64,000 nucleotides of DNA. Source: Heteronotia binoei. Taxonomy: Eukaryota. The position numbers and the translations under genes were made by a program. The stretch covers positions 108,624,001 through 108,688,000 of the forward strand of contig NC_083227.1 in the NCBI RefSeq assembly GCF_032191835.1, given 5' to 3'. The stretch's first letter is position 1. Each line of letters starts with the position of its first letter. Shown here one piece after another: positions 49,601 through 62,927 of the stretch. The notes under the pieces are model-generated. The model had not been told where the DNA came from. It did not search any database and saw only the letters and a program-made list of their open reading frames with translations.

Positions 49601-49619
49601 CTGCCGCTAGAGGGCGTAG
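49601..49619 (+). promoter_or_regulatory. CTCF-like motif in the ZMYND10 promoter
   Basis: ctgccgctagagggcgtag fits the CC(A/G)CYAGRKGGCR core. Confidence 0.5.
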
Positions 49620-49647
49620 GCATGACCAGCATCAACAGGCGGATCTC

Positions 49648-49661
49648 GTCTCCATGGTGAC
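49648..49661. promoter_or_regulatory. RFX X-box of ZMYND10
   Basis: GTCTCCATGGTGAC resembles GTYNCCATGGYAAC, 26 nt upstream of the ATG of a motile-cilia gene. Confidence 0.7.
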
Positions 49662-49686
49662 AGCGTCCGTCGCTATTCAGGCTGCG

Positions 49687-49781
49687 ATGGAGAAGCCGTT
49701 GGCCGTTCTGCTGCCAGGCGAAGCTGAAGTTTTGATCCGGGAGTTAAGAAGCTTCCCGTTGCGGGCTATCGGAGATCATGG
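49687..49781 (+). CDS. ZMYND10: ZMYND10 (BLU; dynein-arm preassembly factor) coding exon 1
   Basis: [31 protein letters not shown] GG|gtatga; resembles human [21 protein letters not shown]. Confidence 0.93.
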
Positions 49782-50904
49782 GTATGAGGAGAGCCAAGGG
49801 GTATCGGGTGAAAGGACTTGGACAGAGTCTCTAGAAAGCCATTCCATAGCGGTGGTAGCGCATAGTGTTCTAACGGCCGCCCTCCTAAAGGCCTAATCTG
49901 ATCCTTATGGGCGCCGCGTTCTCTTTCCCGCAGGGCTGCTTGTTGGCCTTGAACTGAAAGAGACGATAGGATTTCCATCTGCATATCAAAGAAATTCAAC
50001 AGTTCAAAACTGACCGTGCTGTGCTTCGCCTGTTGGGTTTCTATCTGACTGTATATTATTTCTTTTTGAAGTGCATTAAATTGTCCTCTCTCTTGTCCAG
50101 GAACCCAGGCGAGAGCAGATAAAAGGTCTAGCAGCCCTGTCAGGAAAGGAACGTAGAACAGAACTGCACTTTCCCTAGAAGCACTGTGCATGGAAAAGAT
50201 AGAGACAAGATATAGAGACAAGTCCCAGAATGGAAGAAGTTACCAGAATGGAAATGAGTGGGTGGCTGAAGGGGGTGTTAAGGAGAATGAAGAGGGTTTT
50301 AAAAGGGTCTTGAGAGTGGGAGAAGAGCCTTCTCATTCCTGTAAACAGCTGAATGTTAAAACCAGGAGCAGAAAACATCTGAAGACCAATAATTTGAAAA
50401 TTACTTTTTGAGGGGACAGATGTAAATGATGGATGAGTGTGGAAAACTAGTATGAACGCAAGCACCTGTTCCCAAGTCTATGCTGACAGTGCCTTCTTTG
50501 TGGCTAGTCCAGTAAGTCTCTGTTAGAATTTGGTCCTTTCAGTAACTGTACCATCAGAGACTGGAACCATGAAGAGACAAAACAATTCTTTCTGTAATGT
50601 GTGTGTGTGTGTGTTTCAGGCTTGCAGAAAACTTATATATATAAATTCATATGTATAAGCTAACCCCACTCCCAAACCATAATAGAAACATGAAATGAAA
50701 GGAATGAAAGCCCTTACTGGCTGTTTCTATACAGCAGTAACTGTATGGGCAGCCTTCAAGGCTAGGATTCTGTCAGTAAATGGTTGGGGTTTCCAGGCCT
50801 GTTTTGGCCTTGGAGGGAGAACTCATTGGGTCAGGCCTGGCTTCAACCACTGACAAGCTTAGCTGATTGATACTATTCAATAACAGCCACCACACAGAAG
50901 CCAA

Positions 50905-51420
50905 TGTGGTACAGTGGTTAGGGTTTCAGACTAGGATCTGGGAGACCCAAGTTTAAATGATTACTGTGCCATGAAAACTCAATGGGTGATCCTGAGCTAG
51001 TTATACATTCTGTTTTTAGGGTTATTGTTGTGAGAATGAAATGGAGGAGGGAAGAGTGATGTAAGCAACTTTGGGTCCCCAGTGTGAATCATGTGGGGTA
51101 TAAATCAAGAAAATTAAATAATAAATATAGCTGAAGATTGGGAACAGATAACAAGCAGGCTGCAAGGAGGAGAGAAGAAGGGAAGGGAAGAGCCAGAGGA
51201 GGTAAGAGCTTAGTGGTTATACTAAGATCTGAGACCCAGTTTCAAATCCCTATTCTGCCATGGAAGCTTGCTGAGTGACCTTGGTCAAGTCATTCTCTCT
51301 CAACCTAATGTACCTCTCATTAGACTGTTGTGAAGATAAAACAGAGGAGGGGAGAATGATATGAGCTGTTTTTGGTCCTTGTTGCGGAGAATGATGAGGT
51401 AGAAAGGAAGTAAATAAATA
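50905..51420 (+). mobile_element. Two adjacent tRNA-derived SINE copies (~50905-51120 and ~51215-51420)
   Basis: gccaatgtggtacagtggttaggg...ggagacccaagttt and gcttagtggtt...gagacccagtttcaaatccc...ggtgaccttggtcaagtca; A-rich tails. Confidence 0.65.
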
Positions 51421-52709
51421 ATTTAAAAGCTGAAAGGGGGGTAGGTAAAGGAAACCTTAGTTGGTGACTAGGAAGGAGAGAAGGAAGCAGGGATGTCAGA
51501 TAGGACAGGGGAATTCCTGGAAGACAGAAAGAAGAAATAGTATGAAGAACAGGATACAGGGATAAATGAAGTCATCCCTGCAAATTCTTGTGGGTTCCTC
51601 ATCTTTTAAAATATGTTTGATTGGTGAAGATATGTTGTTAGTTGTCCCTGAGAGCCAAAGTAGGCATTATGGAATTCACATGTCTGACCAATGGACACCA
51701 ATGCCATTCTAGAGATTAATTTTACCATTTAAAAATTCAACAAGGGCTGGATTCTGATTGCAGTGTTCCTCCTCCAGCCCCTTTCAAGTGCTGAAACAAG
51801 CATTCCAAGGTGGAATGAGATTACCTGGTCCTAATGTGCACCGAATCAGGATCAGGCCCTTGTGGCATTTTAAGCGGCCATATTAATCTCTAAAATGGTT
51901 TCTAGTTCCACTTTGTGTATTATCAGAAAGGTGAAATACAAAATATTCCAAATAATATCAATAGATAAACTAAGAGGCATCACACATATTCAGATAAGAT
52001 AATACTACAGGGAGAGATGTGCCTCTGCATATAAATATCAGCTTTGGGAAAACTAGGTCTTTATAGGACTAAAACATTTCGTATAGGTTTAAGGAAGCCA
52101 GAAATGTGTTTTTATGGAATATTCTAAAATAAAATTTAACTCCTGATAATCATGCACAACTTGTGAAAATACTTATCTTTTGATGTTGAAAATATAAGAG
52201 TTTGCCAGTGGTTTAGATAGAAGATACTGGATCACTTCTAGTCCCAAGATACCAGGTTGTTTAGGGAAATTGTGGCAGTGCTGTTGTAGCTGCTACCGTC
52301 ACACATTAAACTGGTGTTGCAGAGATTCACATATTAGATTTTTCTGCACAGCTGTATCTTGGGGAGAGTCCAGAGGGATATGTTTGAAGAGAGAGACAAG
52401 GGAAGGAAGCAGCTTCCTTTCATATATTAACTCATCTGTAGGCAAATTTAGAAGGAAAATGGTGTGGTGAAAATTGGTTTTGTAAAACTGATTGTAGTAT
52501 TTCTTTCCCAAGTGGTGAGAAGTCCAGGAGTTTAATTCTACTGGATGAGATACTTATATTATCTTTGTAATATCTGTCTTATTTACAAATATGTTTTATT
52601 TACAAAGAGAGCATTTTAAAAGCAGTGGGCTCCAGCAGCAAGCAGCGTAATCACAGATACTAGACCAGATACTAGACCGAAAAAGAGCAGCTATGTAGAT
52701 CCTCTAGTT

Positions 52710-53260
52710 CAGGGGTCCCCAACCCTCGGCCCGGGGACTGGTACTGGGCCGCAGCCTGTTTTCAGTGGGCCATGCAGCCTCGCCGCCCCCATGGCCAAGT
52801 GGGAAGGAGGCAAAGGCAGCATCACTTGCCACTGCTGCCGGCCGCCCTTCCTTTCCCTTCCTGTTCCTTTGCCTCCCGCCCCCCTGAGCCTGGGCTCTGC
52901 AGCCGCAGCATGCCTGCCTCCTCCTCCGTCACCTCTTTCTCTTCCCTTCCTGTTGCCTCCCCCCCCACCCCAGGCCCTGCCGGCCACGGTATGTCTGCTT
53001 CCTCCTCTGAGCCCACCACCGCCACCCGCCTCCTCCTTCCCTTCCCTTTCTGTCCCGTCGCCTCTCCCCTCCCCCCCAGGCCCTGCCAGAGGTGATGCAC
53101 TGTGATTGCGGGTGACGGTGGGTGGAGAGGCAACGGAACAAGACAGAAAGGGAGGGGAAGGAGGGGGTGAGCACTGTGGGCCTAGGGGGGCGGGAATTGA
53201 AGTGCTGCAGGGGCTGCCTGCCTGGGGCGTCACATGCCCTCCCCAGGTAAGGGTGTTGCA
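52710..53260 (+). mobile_element. hAT-Charlie (MER1-like) left end with GC-rich internal sequence; right end not found
   Basis: caggggtccccaaccctcggcccggggactggtactgggccgcagcctgtt after ctctagtt; three diverged pyrimidine-rich internal repeats. Confidence 0.6.
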
Positions 53261-53267
53261 TTCTGCT

Positions 53268-53533
53268 CAGGCCTGTAGCTAATCAGGGACCCATGGGGCC
53301 TGCCCCCCTGATAGTTAGGGGACTCATCCCCCCAGGCTACCCCTCTCTTTCCTGTGTTATTTAAATTGCATTCGAGGGCTGCTCAGGAGCAGCCGCTGCT
53401 CTCTATAGCATTTAAAGGGTCCACAAATCAGCAGATCAGTGGGGTCTAAATCACACAGGAGGGACTGCAGGAGCAATCATCAGCTTCCTGCATGATTTAA
53501 AGGGGCCCCCCAAGCCCCCTAACTACAGGGCTG
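53268..53533. mobile_element. hAT-type MITE
   Basis: TIRs caggcctgtagc / aactacagggctg; perfect 8-bp TSD attctgct (53260-53267, 53534-53541). Confidence 0.85.
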
Positions 53534-53644
53534 ATTCTGCTTCACAAAGAATGGTCACATAGCAGCAGTTAACTCAGCTTTCAGATTAAGCATATTGGTC
53601 ACAATCGAGTAGCTTTGGAAAGTATGGTTCCATTCAGTAGAATA

Positions 53645-54130
53645 TAGAGTTGCCAATCCCTAGGTGGGGGCAGGGGATCCCCCAGTTTGGAGGCCCTCCC
53701 CCCATTTCAGGGTCATCAGAAAGCGGGGTGGGGAGGAAATGTCTGCTGGGCACTCCATTATTCCCTATGGAGACCAATTCCCATAGGGTATAATGGAGAA
53801 TTGATCAGCAGGTATCTGGGGCTCTGGAGGGGCTGTTTTTTGAGGTAGAGGCACCAAATTGTCCGCATAACATCCAGTGCCTCTCTCCAACATATCCTCC
53901 CTGTTTCAAGAGGATTGGACCAGGGGGTCCAATTCTATGAGCCCCAAAAGAAGGTGCCCTTGTCCTTCATTATTTCCAATGGAAGGAAGGCATTTAAAAG
54001 GTGTGTGGCCAGAACTCCCTTTGGAGTTCAATTATGCTTGTCACAACTTGCTCCTGGCTCCATCCCCAGAGGCTCCTGTCTCCACCCCCAAAGTTCCCAG
54101 ATATTTCTTGAATTGGACTTGGCCACCCTG
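53645..54130 (+). mobile_element. TAGGGTTGCCA-type (hAT-Tip100-like) MITE, full length
   Basis: Ends tagagttgccaa / tggccaccctg; flanks gtagaata / gtaggaga (6/8). Confidence 0.75.
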
Positions 54131-54264
54131 GTAGGAGATAAAAGGAATAACTAGGGAGAAGAGGTTGTGGCAGGCTAAAATGATAGTGTATATTCCATGG
54201 CTTGGAGAAGAAAGGGGACACTGGGTAGGATCTGGGTACTAACTTCTCTCACCATACCTCCTAG

Positions 54265-54373
54265 GTGGTTTCATCAGCATGAGTATATTGAGAAGCTGAA
54301 CATGCAGGCCCTGCTTAGTGCTTCTGCTGGGCATGAACAGCTCCTTACTGAACTTTTGGTGAACTATGCCAAG
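54265..54373 (+). CDS. ZMYND10: ZMYND10 coding exon 2
   Basis: cctag|G WFHQHEYIEKLNMQALLSASAGHEQLLTELLVNYAK|gtaatg, 109 nt. Confidence 0.95.
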
Positions 54374-54892
54374 GTAATGATTGTACTCACATATGGTCCA
54401 GCATGGGGTGGCCAAACTGCGACTCAGGAGCTACATGCAGCTCTTTCACAATGAGGCGACCTCATTATAAACATAACTTTCATTGTACTTGAAGGATTGA
54501 TTTCCATTATCAACTTTGTAATCTTTTGCATTAAGCCTGTGGAAGCTTCAGAGAAACGGAGGCAGAGAGGCGCCGCCTTCGAATGTCTGCTACTGTTGGC
54601 TTTTTTCTACAGCAGTTTGACTTGTGAAGAAGACTCTACTTTGCCAGTTCTTGGCTGAAACCATTTGGAGGCCTATTGGTCCCAAGAAAGACTGTGCATA
54701 TTATAATACTTCACCTAATTTTGTCCTTATAAAGGACTGAGCATACTGTATGACTTCACCTTATGTACAATTCACTGCTTTAAGTGGTTGTTTATGTTTC
54801 CTTTATAAATTTCAATGAAAATTTGTTGATTATATTGGAGGCTGGTTTAATCACAGAACCCTTAGGGGCTCCCCTGCTAGTCATTTATCTGT

Positions 54893-55412
54893 AATCCCCA
54901 GGTGGGGGCAGGGGATCCCCAGTTTGGAGGCCTTCCCCCCACTTCAGGGTCATCAGAAACGAGGGGGGGGGAGGGAAATGTCTGCTCGGCACTTCATTAT
55001 TCCCTATGGAGACTTATTCCTGTAGGAAATAATGGAGAATTGATCCACGGGTATCTGGGGCTCTGGGGGGGGGCTGTTTTGTGAGGTAGAGGCACCAAAT
55101 TTTCAGGATAGCATCCAGTGCCTCTCCCCAAAATACTCCCCAAGTTTCAAAAAGATTGGACCAGGGGGCCAAATTCTATGAACCCCGAAAGAAGGTGCCC
55201 CTATCCTTCATTATTTCCTATGGAAGGAAGGCATTTAAAAAGGTGTGCGGTCCTTTTAAAAGTGATGGCCAGAACTCCCTTGGAGTTCAATTATGCTTGT
55301 CACAGCCTTGCTCCTGGCTCCACCCCCAAAGTCTCCTGGCTCCACCTCCAATGTCTCCTGACTTCACCCCCAAAGTCCCCAGATATTTCTTCAATTGGAC
55401 TTGGCAGCCCTA
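54893..55412 (+). mobile_element. Second copy of the TAGGGTTGCCA-type MITE
   Basis: Collinear with 53645-54130; ends ttggacttggcagcccta. Confidence 0.8.
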
Positions 55413-55730
55413 TTCCATACTGAAGCTACAATCCTATGTATCCATCCTTGGAAGAAAATCCTATTGTAGTCAATAGGATTTATTTCCAGCTAAATATGTT
55501 TAGGATCAGGATATAAGAGAAATGGGGAGGCATCATGTTCCTTACATACAAGCACATGCTTTCTAAGCAAATATGTTTTGCCCTCTGGTCTGTAAAAATG
55601 TATAAGTGTGTATGCAACTATTCTAAGGCACTCTCTCCCAAGTCCTCAGGTTTTTAAGAACTTAACTCTCATCTAGATCTTACAGTCCAAACACTTCAGC
55701 TTAAAAGATCTTGATGATTTTTCTATCTAG

Positions 55731-55940
<210 letters not shown>

Positions 55941-56667
55941 TAACATGTGTTTATCCTGTGAAACACTACTTCAAACTTGGAGCGCATCACTGAAAGCAAC
56001 TGTGGTTTGTAAAGCAAGTGCAAGCTACAGTTTGCTGGCTTGGATGTATAGTCTACTACAAATCTTGAAACAACTCACAGGATACAAATGAGAGGGACAG
56101 GAGGACTGAGCATATAAGCCCCACCTCCTTCAACACTGATTAGGTCAGAACCAAGCTTGATGTATCATAAGAAATTCTTGGTATGATAGTGTTGAGAAAT
56201 GATGCTTCTACTTCAGCAGACTAGTTTGGCTTGATTTTGTTATGCATGTTCCTGAATTATCACTAAGAAGAGAACTTATACTACTTATACTACAATCTTT
56301 TGTTTTCTTTGCCGGGAAGGGGGTGGATTTCTGTGAGATCAGTTTTTTTGCCAGGCTTCCATACTGTCTGGTCAAGGGGTCTGTATCCAGAGGGCTGCCC
56401 TTCTTTGGATGCAAGTGAAATATACTGTACCTTATTCTGAATACAGAATATTCATTTATGCTTCACATTCCAGATTGTAATTGCTACTCTGGTCATAACA
56501 AACTCATGCTTTCATTTGTATTCCACCTGTTAGTTTACATCAGAAACATGACACAACAACAGAATGTTATTTAATTTCTTGCTGTATCCTATTTTGTTTT
56601 CTGGCAGTGGCAGTGACTGTACTAAGCTCCTACTAATGTATGCTTTATTATATTCTTTCTTCCTCAG

Positions 56668-56721
56668 TTGCATCATGAAGCTTCAATTATTAATCTTTTG
56701 GAGACCGTGTTTTTTCACAAA
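56668..56721 (+). CDS. ZMYND10: ZMYND10 coding exon 4
   Basis: cctcag|LHHEASIINLLETVFFHK|gtaagt, 54 nt. Confidence 0.96.
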
Positions 56722-56921
56722 GTAAGTGGACCTTAGACTATGTGTATGACCTAAAACAATCCAAACAGTAGTTTAGATCACTGCAGATAAACTGAGTTTT
56801 TAATTGTGACAGTAGATTAGTGGAGCATGAAAGATTTTCTGAGGAGTGTCAAAAGAAAAACCACTTTAAGTTATGATGTGCTTCCCTCCCTTTTGGAAAA
56901 TGGTTTATATTTCTTCCATAG

Positions 56922-57104
<183 letters not shown>

Positions 57105-57609
57105 TAGGTTCCCACATCAAACTGGCCTCTTTTGGTTAAAAAAACAAACTCTGGGCTGGCCCAAGATTTTTAAACATCCTAGGTTGGAAATCTGAATGGT
57201 GCTCCATTATACAGAAATATTTGTGTATCCAAAGTACTGTGCAAAACTGAACCCCCCTCCCACTACAACCTACTGAGTCTCATGAAATACCACTAGGGGG
57301 TGGGGTGGAGAGGCCCAGGAAAACCTATCTGCAAAGATTCAAAGAATTCACGATTAGCCTCCAGAATGCATATTTCTGTGATTTTGTCCAGATTTGCACT
57401 AATTTTTCATAGATAGAAGAAAGAAAAGTCTTTGGAGAGATGCAGATGTTTTTCAGAAAGAGTTTCATTTCCACTGGGAATCTCTTATTAACCTTGTGTC
57501 TTCTTCCAATTGAGCAAACCATTCTAACTATATTACCTGTCTCTTCCTTAAAGCAATGCAACTTCCAGTGCTATAGTTCAAAGTTTATAGAGCCAATGTA
57601 ATGTAAAGG

Positions 57610-57800
57610 TCAGAGTGTACAACTAGGTTCTGAGAAACCCAAGTTTGGATCCCCAGACTGCCATGGAAGCTTGCTGGGTGACCTTGGGTCAGTCATACAC
57701 TCTCAGCCTAACCTTCTGCACATGGTTGTTGTGAGGAAAAGATGGAGGAGAGAACAATGATGTATGCTACTTTGGGTCCCCATTGTGGAGAACGATGCTA
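57610..57800 (+). mobile_element. tRNA-derived SINE
   Basis: gagaaacccaagtttggatcccc...ctgccatggaagcttgctgggtgaccttgggtcagtca...gggtccccattgtggagaa. Confidence 0.65.
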
Positions 57801-58319
57801 TATAAATGATGTAAATAAAAATACATACATTAATACTTGTTCATTCTGTGCTGTGACTCAGCCTGATCATTAATGTTTTACTCTGTATAATTGCAGTGAG
57901 CTAGGGGAAAGAATTTATATTATCTGTCCTGCTTGCTTTTTCACTTGGAGAAGCACTTGCCAGGACTTTTGCATGATTTAGGATCTGGATAACAAAATAT
58001 ACAGTTGTTCCACCAGGTTATTTTGTAGCTGTCATCTCTAAAGAGATACATAACTGAGTACTAGTTGTATGTTACATTTTTATGTAATAAGTGATTGGGC
58101 CATTTGAGAACAGGACTGAGACAGCATTGCCAACCTACTAACTTCTCCTTATGTAATCTCCCTTCAAACCTTTCACCTTCTGATTATTAGAGACAGGACA
58201 CATTCACATAGCCATATGTGTTATTTTCTTTGGCCTTGAGGAAACCAACTTTAAAAGACTTGAGATCTCATCACATGCACTTGACAAGAGTGATGCTTAT
58301 GCCTTAGTGGTTCATCTGA

Positions 58320-58469
<150 letters not shown>

Positions 58470-58987
58470 TGAGGTAAGTACTTGGAGAAGAGATTATTTT
58501 CTTTTAAATTGCTAGTCTCATCATTTCAAGGGGTTTTGAGGCAACATTTCTGACAGTGGGTTAATGGGTTCATACATAGTAAATAACACACTTTGCAACT
58601 GATTTTTTACTGTGTAAGAATAGCAAAATCTACTTGCAAACAGTTGCCATGTGAAAGCACCCAGTATATCACTAGGAGCTGAAGATGAGGATCTTCACAT
58701 TGGTATGAACATCATTACTAAAAATCTTGAATGTACCATAATCTGAAGAAAGGGTGACTTTCATGTTTTGTTTAGTTTTGTTTGGTCAGACCCACTAAAA
58801 CAATTGACTGTACCAGTCCTGATACACTGGGTATGGAAATATAGTTGTTTTATAATAATAGCACTGGTAAAGATTCTTCCCTTTTTGGTGACACACAGCT
58901 GTAACTGAGGTCTTAATTTTTGTCACTTGCATTCTGCATGAAGTATTGGAAGTCTTGAAGAATTATTTAAACTGATGTATTGCATAA

Positions 58988-59149
<162 letters not shown>

Positions 59150-59792
59150 TGAAGAGACTGCCCTAATCAAGAGAGAATCAGTGTTTCTAACATCTAGAAG
59201 AGTCAGTGAATACTGCCATGGTTCCAGTTTCTTTGTTTAGCTGTATGAAGGAGTGAGATGGATTTAAAGGAACTGATTATTCTCTTGACATCTTTCCTTC
59301 ATTTGCTGTAAAGATGGCTAGATTCTTTGTTGTCTGTGGGCTCAGCTTGGTATGATATCAGGATGGACTAACCACATTTCCGCCCCCACCCCCTGTTGGC
59401 ACATATTAAATGCCTCACATCATGTTCAATATGTACCTTTTTAGCTGATGATTTTCCCTCCCCTTCCAAGGACATACAATCTGTACTTCACTTCACATCC
59501 TGTTATCAGTTGTTCCTTTTAGTGTTCCCTATTATTCCTTATTTGTCTTATTTTTTTAATCATAGGTTAATTTTTCATGTTACTTCATTTCATGTTGATT
59601 TGTCCCTTACTACCCTTTATTGTCTTTTGCTTTTTTCCTCTGCTGCTCTTTTTACCTTTTAAAGAACACTCATGCAAAGATAAGGCAGCATATTTGACAA
59701 ATGTGACTGGAAGCAACAAACTGGAGTGTTTGTAAGTTTGTCTTGTGAACAGGAACCTAAGATTCCATGTATGTCCGTATTGTTTTCCTCAG

Positions 59793-59965
59793 GGAAACTG
59801 AAGAAGTATGAGAATGGGGCATGGTATGTGGTGCCTCATGAAGATCATATAAAGATGACTAAGTTGGATGGACAAGTGTGGATTGCTCTCTACAACCTCC
59901 TCCTGAGCACAGAATGCCAGCGCAAGTACAACTTTGATAACTTCAATAAAAGCCAGTTGCTGAAG
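59793..59965 (+). CDS. ZMYND10: ZMYND10 coding exon 8 (later exons lie outside the window)
   Basis: cctcag|GG KLKKYENGAWYVVPHEDHIKMTKLDGQVWIALYNLLLSTECQRKYNFDNFNKSQLLK|gtaaaa, 173 nt. Confidence 0.96.
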
Positions 59966-60276
59966 GTAAAAGGACTGAAGAGCATAGAGCTGCCAGTTCC
60001 CTTTACCTTTCTGGTGGGGGCCTTTGGGGGGCATTCTGGGGGATGGGTGGGGACGCAAATAGTGTTCTGGACCACTTAAAAATTAGAAGTGGCCCAAAAC
60101 AAGAAATGGCTGGCACGACTTGAGTGGCCCCTATGGGGAAGCAAAAGGGACCACTCAAATGTCTGCCAACCATTTAATGACCAGTTTCTGGGGGAGAGGA
60201 GCAAAACTGATAGCTGAAAAAGCTTTCTGTTAGCCTAAACTAGCTGCAAGCCACCTCAGTGATCAGGGTCGCTAAA

Positions 60277-60277
<1 letters not shown>

Positions 60278-60349
<72 letters not shown>
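60278..60349. repeat. (AAT)24 microsatellite forming the L2 tail
   Basis: 72 uninterrupted nt directly abutting the L2 3' end. Confidence 0.95.
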
Positions 60350-62873
60350 TTTTATTTCTATCCCGCCCTCCCCGCCGAGGCAGGCTCAGGGCGGCTTACA
60401 ATATGTCATGATATAATATCATGAAGTGACAATACAAGTAAAATCAATTCACAATAAATACAAATACGAATATAAATATACATTAATATTAAAAAGCTAA
60501 AAAGAATATGGTGCTACAATCTCTGTTTATCCTGGCGGCGTAGTATTCAGTTTGGTCACGTCTTGAAGGCATCTTGGAAGAGGGCAGTTTTGCAGGCCCT
60601 GCGGAATTGGTTAAGGTCCCGCAGGGCCCACACCTCCTCCGGGAGCTGGTTCCACCATTGGGGCGCTTTTATGGAGAAGGCCAGCTCTCTAGTTGTTTTA
60701 AGTTTGGCCTCCTTAGGCCCAGGGATTTCCAGAAGATTTTGTGAACTGGAACGCAGTGCCCTCTGGGGAACATATGGAGAGAGGCGGTCCCTGAGGTAGG
60801 CAGGTCCTTGGCCATATAGGGCTTTATAGGTAATAACCAGCACCTTGTAACGAACCCGGTACACAATTGGCAGCCAGTGCAGTTCCTGCAGCCCAGGCCA
60901 CACGTGTTCCCACCGAGGTAGTCCCAGTAGCAGCCTGGCTGCTGCGTTCTGCACTAGCTGTAGCTTCCGCGTTTGGTACAAGGGCAGCCCCATGTAGAGG
61001 GCATTGCAGTAGTCTAATCTCGAGGTGACCGTTGCATGGATCACTGTTGCCAGGTCACCTCGCTCCAAGAAGGGGGCCAGCTGCCTTGCCCGTCTAAGAT
61101 GAAAAAAAGCGGATTTGGCAGTGGCCGCTATCTGGGCCTCCATTGTCAAGGAGGACTCCAGTAGCACTCCCAAGCTCCTGACTTCACGCACTGGTACCAA
61201 TGGCGTCCCGTCAAAAGCTGGAAGGGGAATCCCTCCTTTTGGGGCGCTGCAACCCAGGCAAAGGACCTCTGTCTTCGCTGGATTCAATTTCAGCCCGCTC
61301 AGCTTGATCCAATCGGCAACGGCTTGCAATGCCCGGTCCAGATCTATAGGGGCATCATCAACGGCCCGGTCTCCCATCAATAGGTAGAGATGGGTGTCAT
61401 CAGCGTACTGGTGGCAACCCAGCCCGTGTCCCCGGGCAATCTGGGCAAGGGGGCACATAAAGATGTTAAATAACATTGGAGAGAGAACTGCCCCCTGAGG
61501 CACCCCACAATTGAGTGGGTGCCTCTGAGATAGCTCTCCCCCAATCGCCACCCTTTGTCCCCGACCTTCAAGGAAAGAGGAAAGCCACTGTAAGGCTAAC
61601 CCATGAATCCCTGCGTCGGCGAGGCGGCGGGTCAGCAGCCGGTGATCGACCATATCGAACACCGCCGATAGGTCCAGCAACAGCAATACCGCCACACCAC
61701 CTCGATCCAGATGTCGCCGGAGATCATCCATGAGGGCGACCAGCACCGTCTCTGTCCCATGGCCCGGGCGAAAGCCGGACTGAAAAGGATCTAAGGTGGA
61801 AGCGTCATCCAGGAAACTCTGTAGCTGCAACGCCACAGCCCTCTCTATTACTTTGCCCAAAAAGGGCAAATTTGAGACCGGCCGGTAGTGCGCCAATTCG
61901 GCCGGATCTAATGTAGTTTTTTTCAGGAGAGGGCGGACCACTGCCTCTTTCAGAGGGGTTGGAAAAAGACCCTCTGAAAGAGATCTATTTATGATGTCCC
62001 GTATAGGACATCGTAGCTCCTCCTGGCAGGCTTTAATTAACCAGGAGAAGCAGGGGTCCAGATCGCAAGTTGTTGGGCGTGCAGCAGAGAGGATTCTGTC
62101 GACTTCCTCCAAGCTGAGGGGGTCGAAACGATCCAGGATCAAATCCGAAGGCAGGCACGGAGCCTCGAGTCCGCTTACTGTATCCAACATGGCGGGGCAG
62201 TCGGGGCGGAGCGATTGGACTTTGTCTGCAAAAAATTTCTCAAAAGCCTCACAGCCTATTTCCAATTCCTTAACATTTGGCTTGCCTTGCGGCAATGTAG
62301 TTAAAGTCCGAATTGTTCTAAATAATTGTGCCGGGCGCGAATTTGCAGACGCAATCTTGGCCGCAAAGTATGTCTTCTTTGCGGCCTTGACTGCCATCTC
62401 ATAGGACCTCATAAATTCTCTATAAGATGCTCTAGTCGCCTCATCGCGAGTACGTCGCCATTGCCTCTCTAGCCGTCTGAGGCCCTGTTTCAGCTGGCGC
62501 AGTTCCGGGTTATACCACGGAGCCAGTCTGATCCGGGGTCGCAGAGGGCGCCGAGGTGCGATCTCATCGATGGCCGTAGAGAGCCGGCTGTTCCAAGACT
62601 CAATAAGGCCCTCGAAGGGACCGCCAGAGGGCCAGGGATCCCGTAGAGCCATCTGGAACCGTTCCGGATCCATTTGGCTCCGTGGGCGAGCCATAATACG
62701 CTCGTCGCCTAAGCGGGTTTGGGATGGAACATCCACACGAGCCCTGAGAGCAAGGTGGTCCGACCATAACACCACTTCTGTAGTTACATCGTCCACCGTA
62801 ACCCCGGCCGCAAAGATCAGGTCTAACATGTGGCCAGCCTGGTGGGTGGGGGTTGTGACAAATTGAGAGACCA
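60278..62873 (-). mobile_element. L2-clade LINE, 5'-truncated within the endonuclease, uninterrupted ORF2 remainder (RT)
   Basis: 777-aa ORF 60556-62889 with TPTHQAGHMLDLIF..SDH (APE end), YRPVSNLPFLGK, LLDLSAVFDMVDH, GVPQGAVLSPMLFNI, QYADDTHLY, RLDYCNALY; CpG-rich; (TAT)n-type tail. Confidence 0.92.
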
Positions 62874-62874
62874 T

Positions 62875-62927
62875 AGATTTATACCCCACCCTTCTCTGAA
62901 GCTGTCTCAGAGCGGCTTACAATCTCC
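62875..62927 (-). mobile_element. 3' tail of an older SINE/LINE adjoining the L2 5' junction
   Basis: agatttataccccacccttctctgaagctgtctcagagcggcttacaatctcc resembles the reverse-oriented tails elsewhere in the window. Confidence 0.5.

Noticed and set aside
52709-53261. Cluster of 100-175-aa Pro/Gly-rich ORFs on both strands
   Set aside because: Low-complexity GC-rich transposon interior with few stop codons; no domain recognised.
62874-62889. ATG start of the 777-aa RT ORF
   Set aside because: Lies in flanking DNA beyond the L2 truncation point; not a native start.
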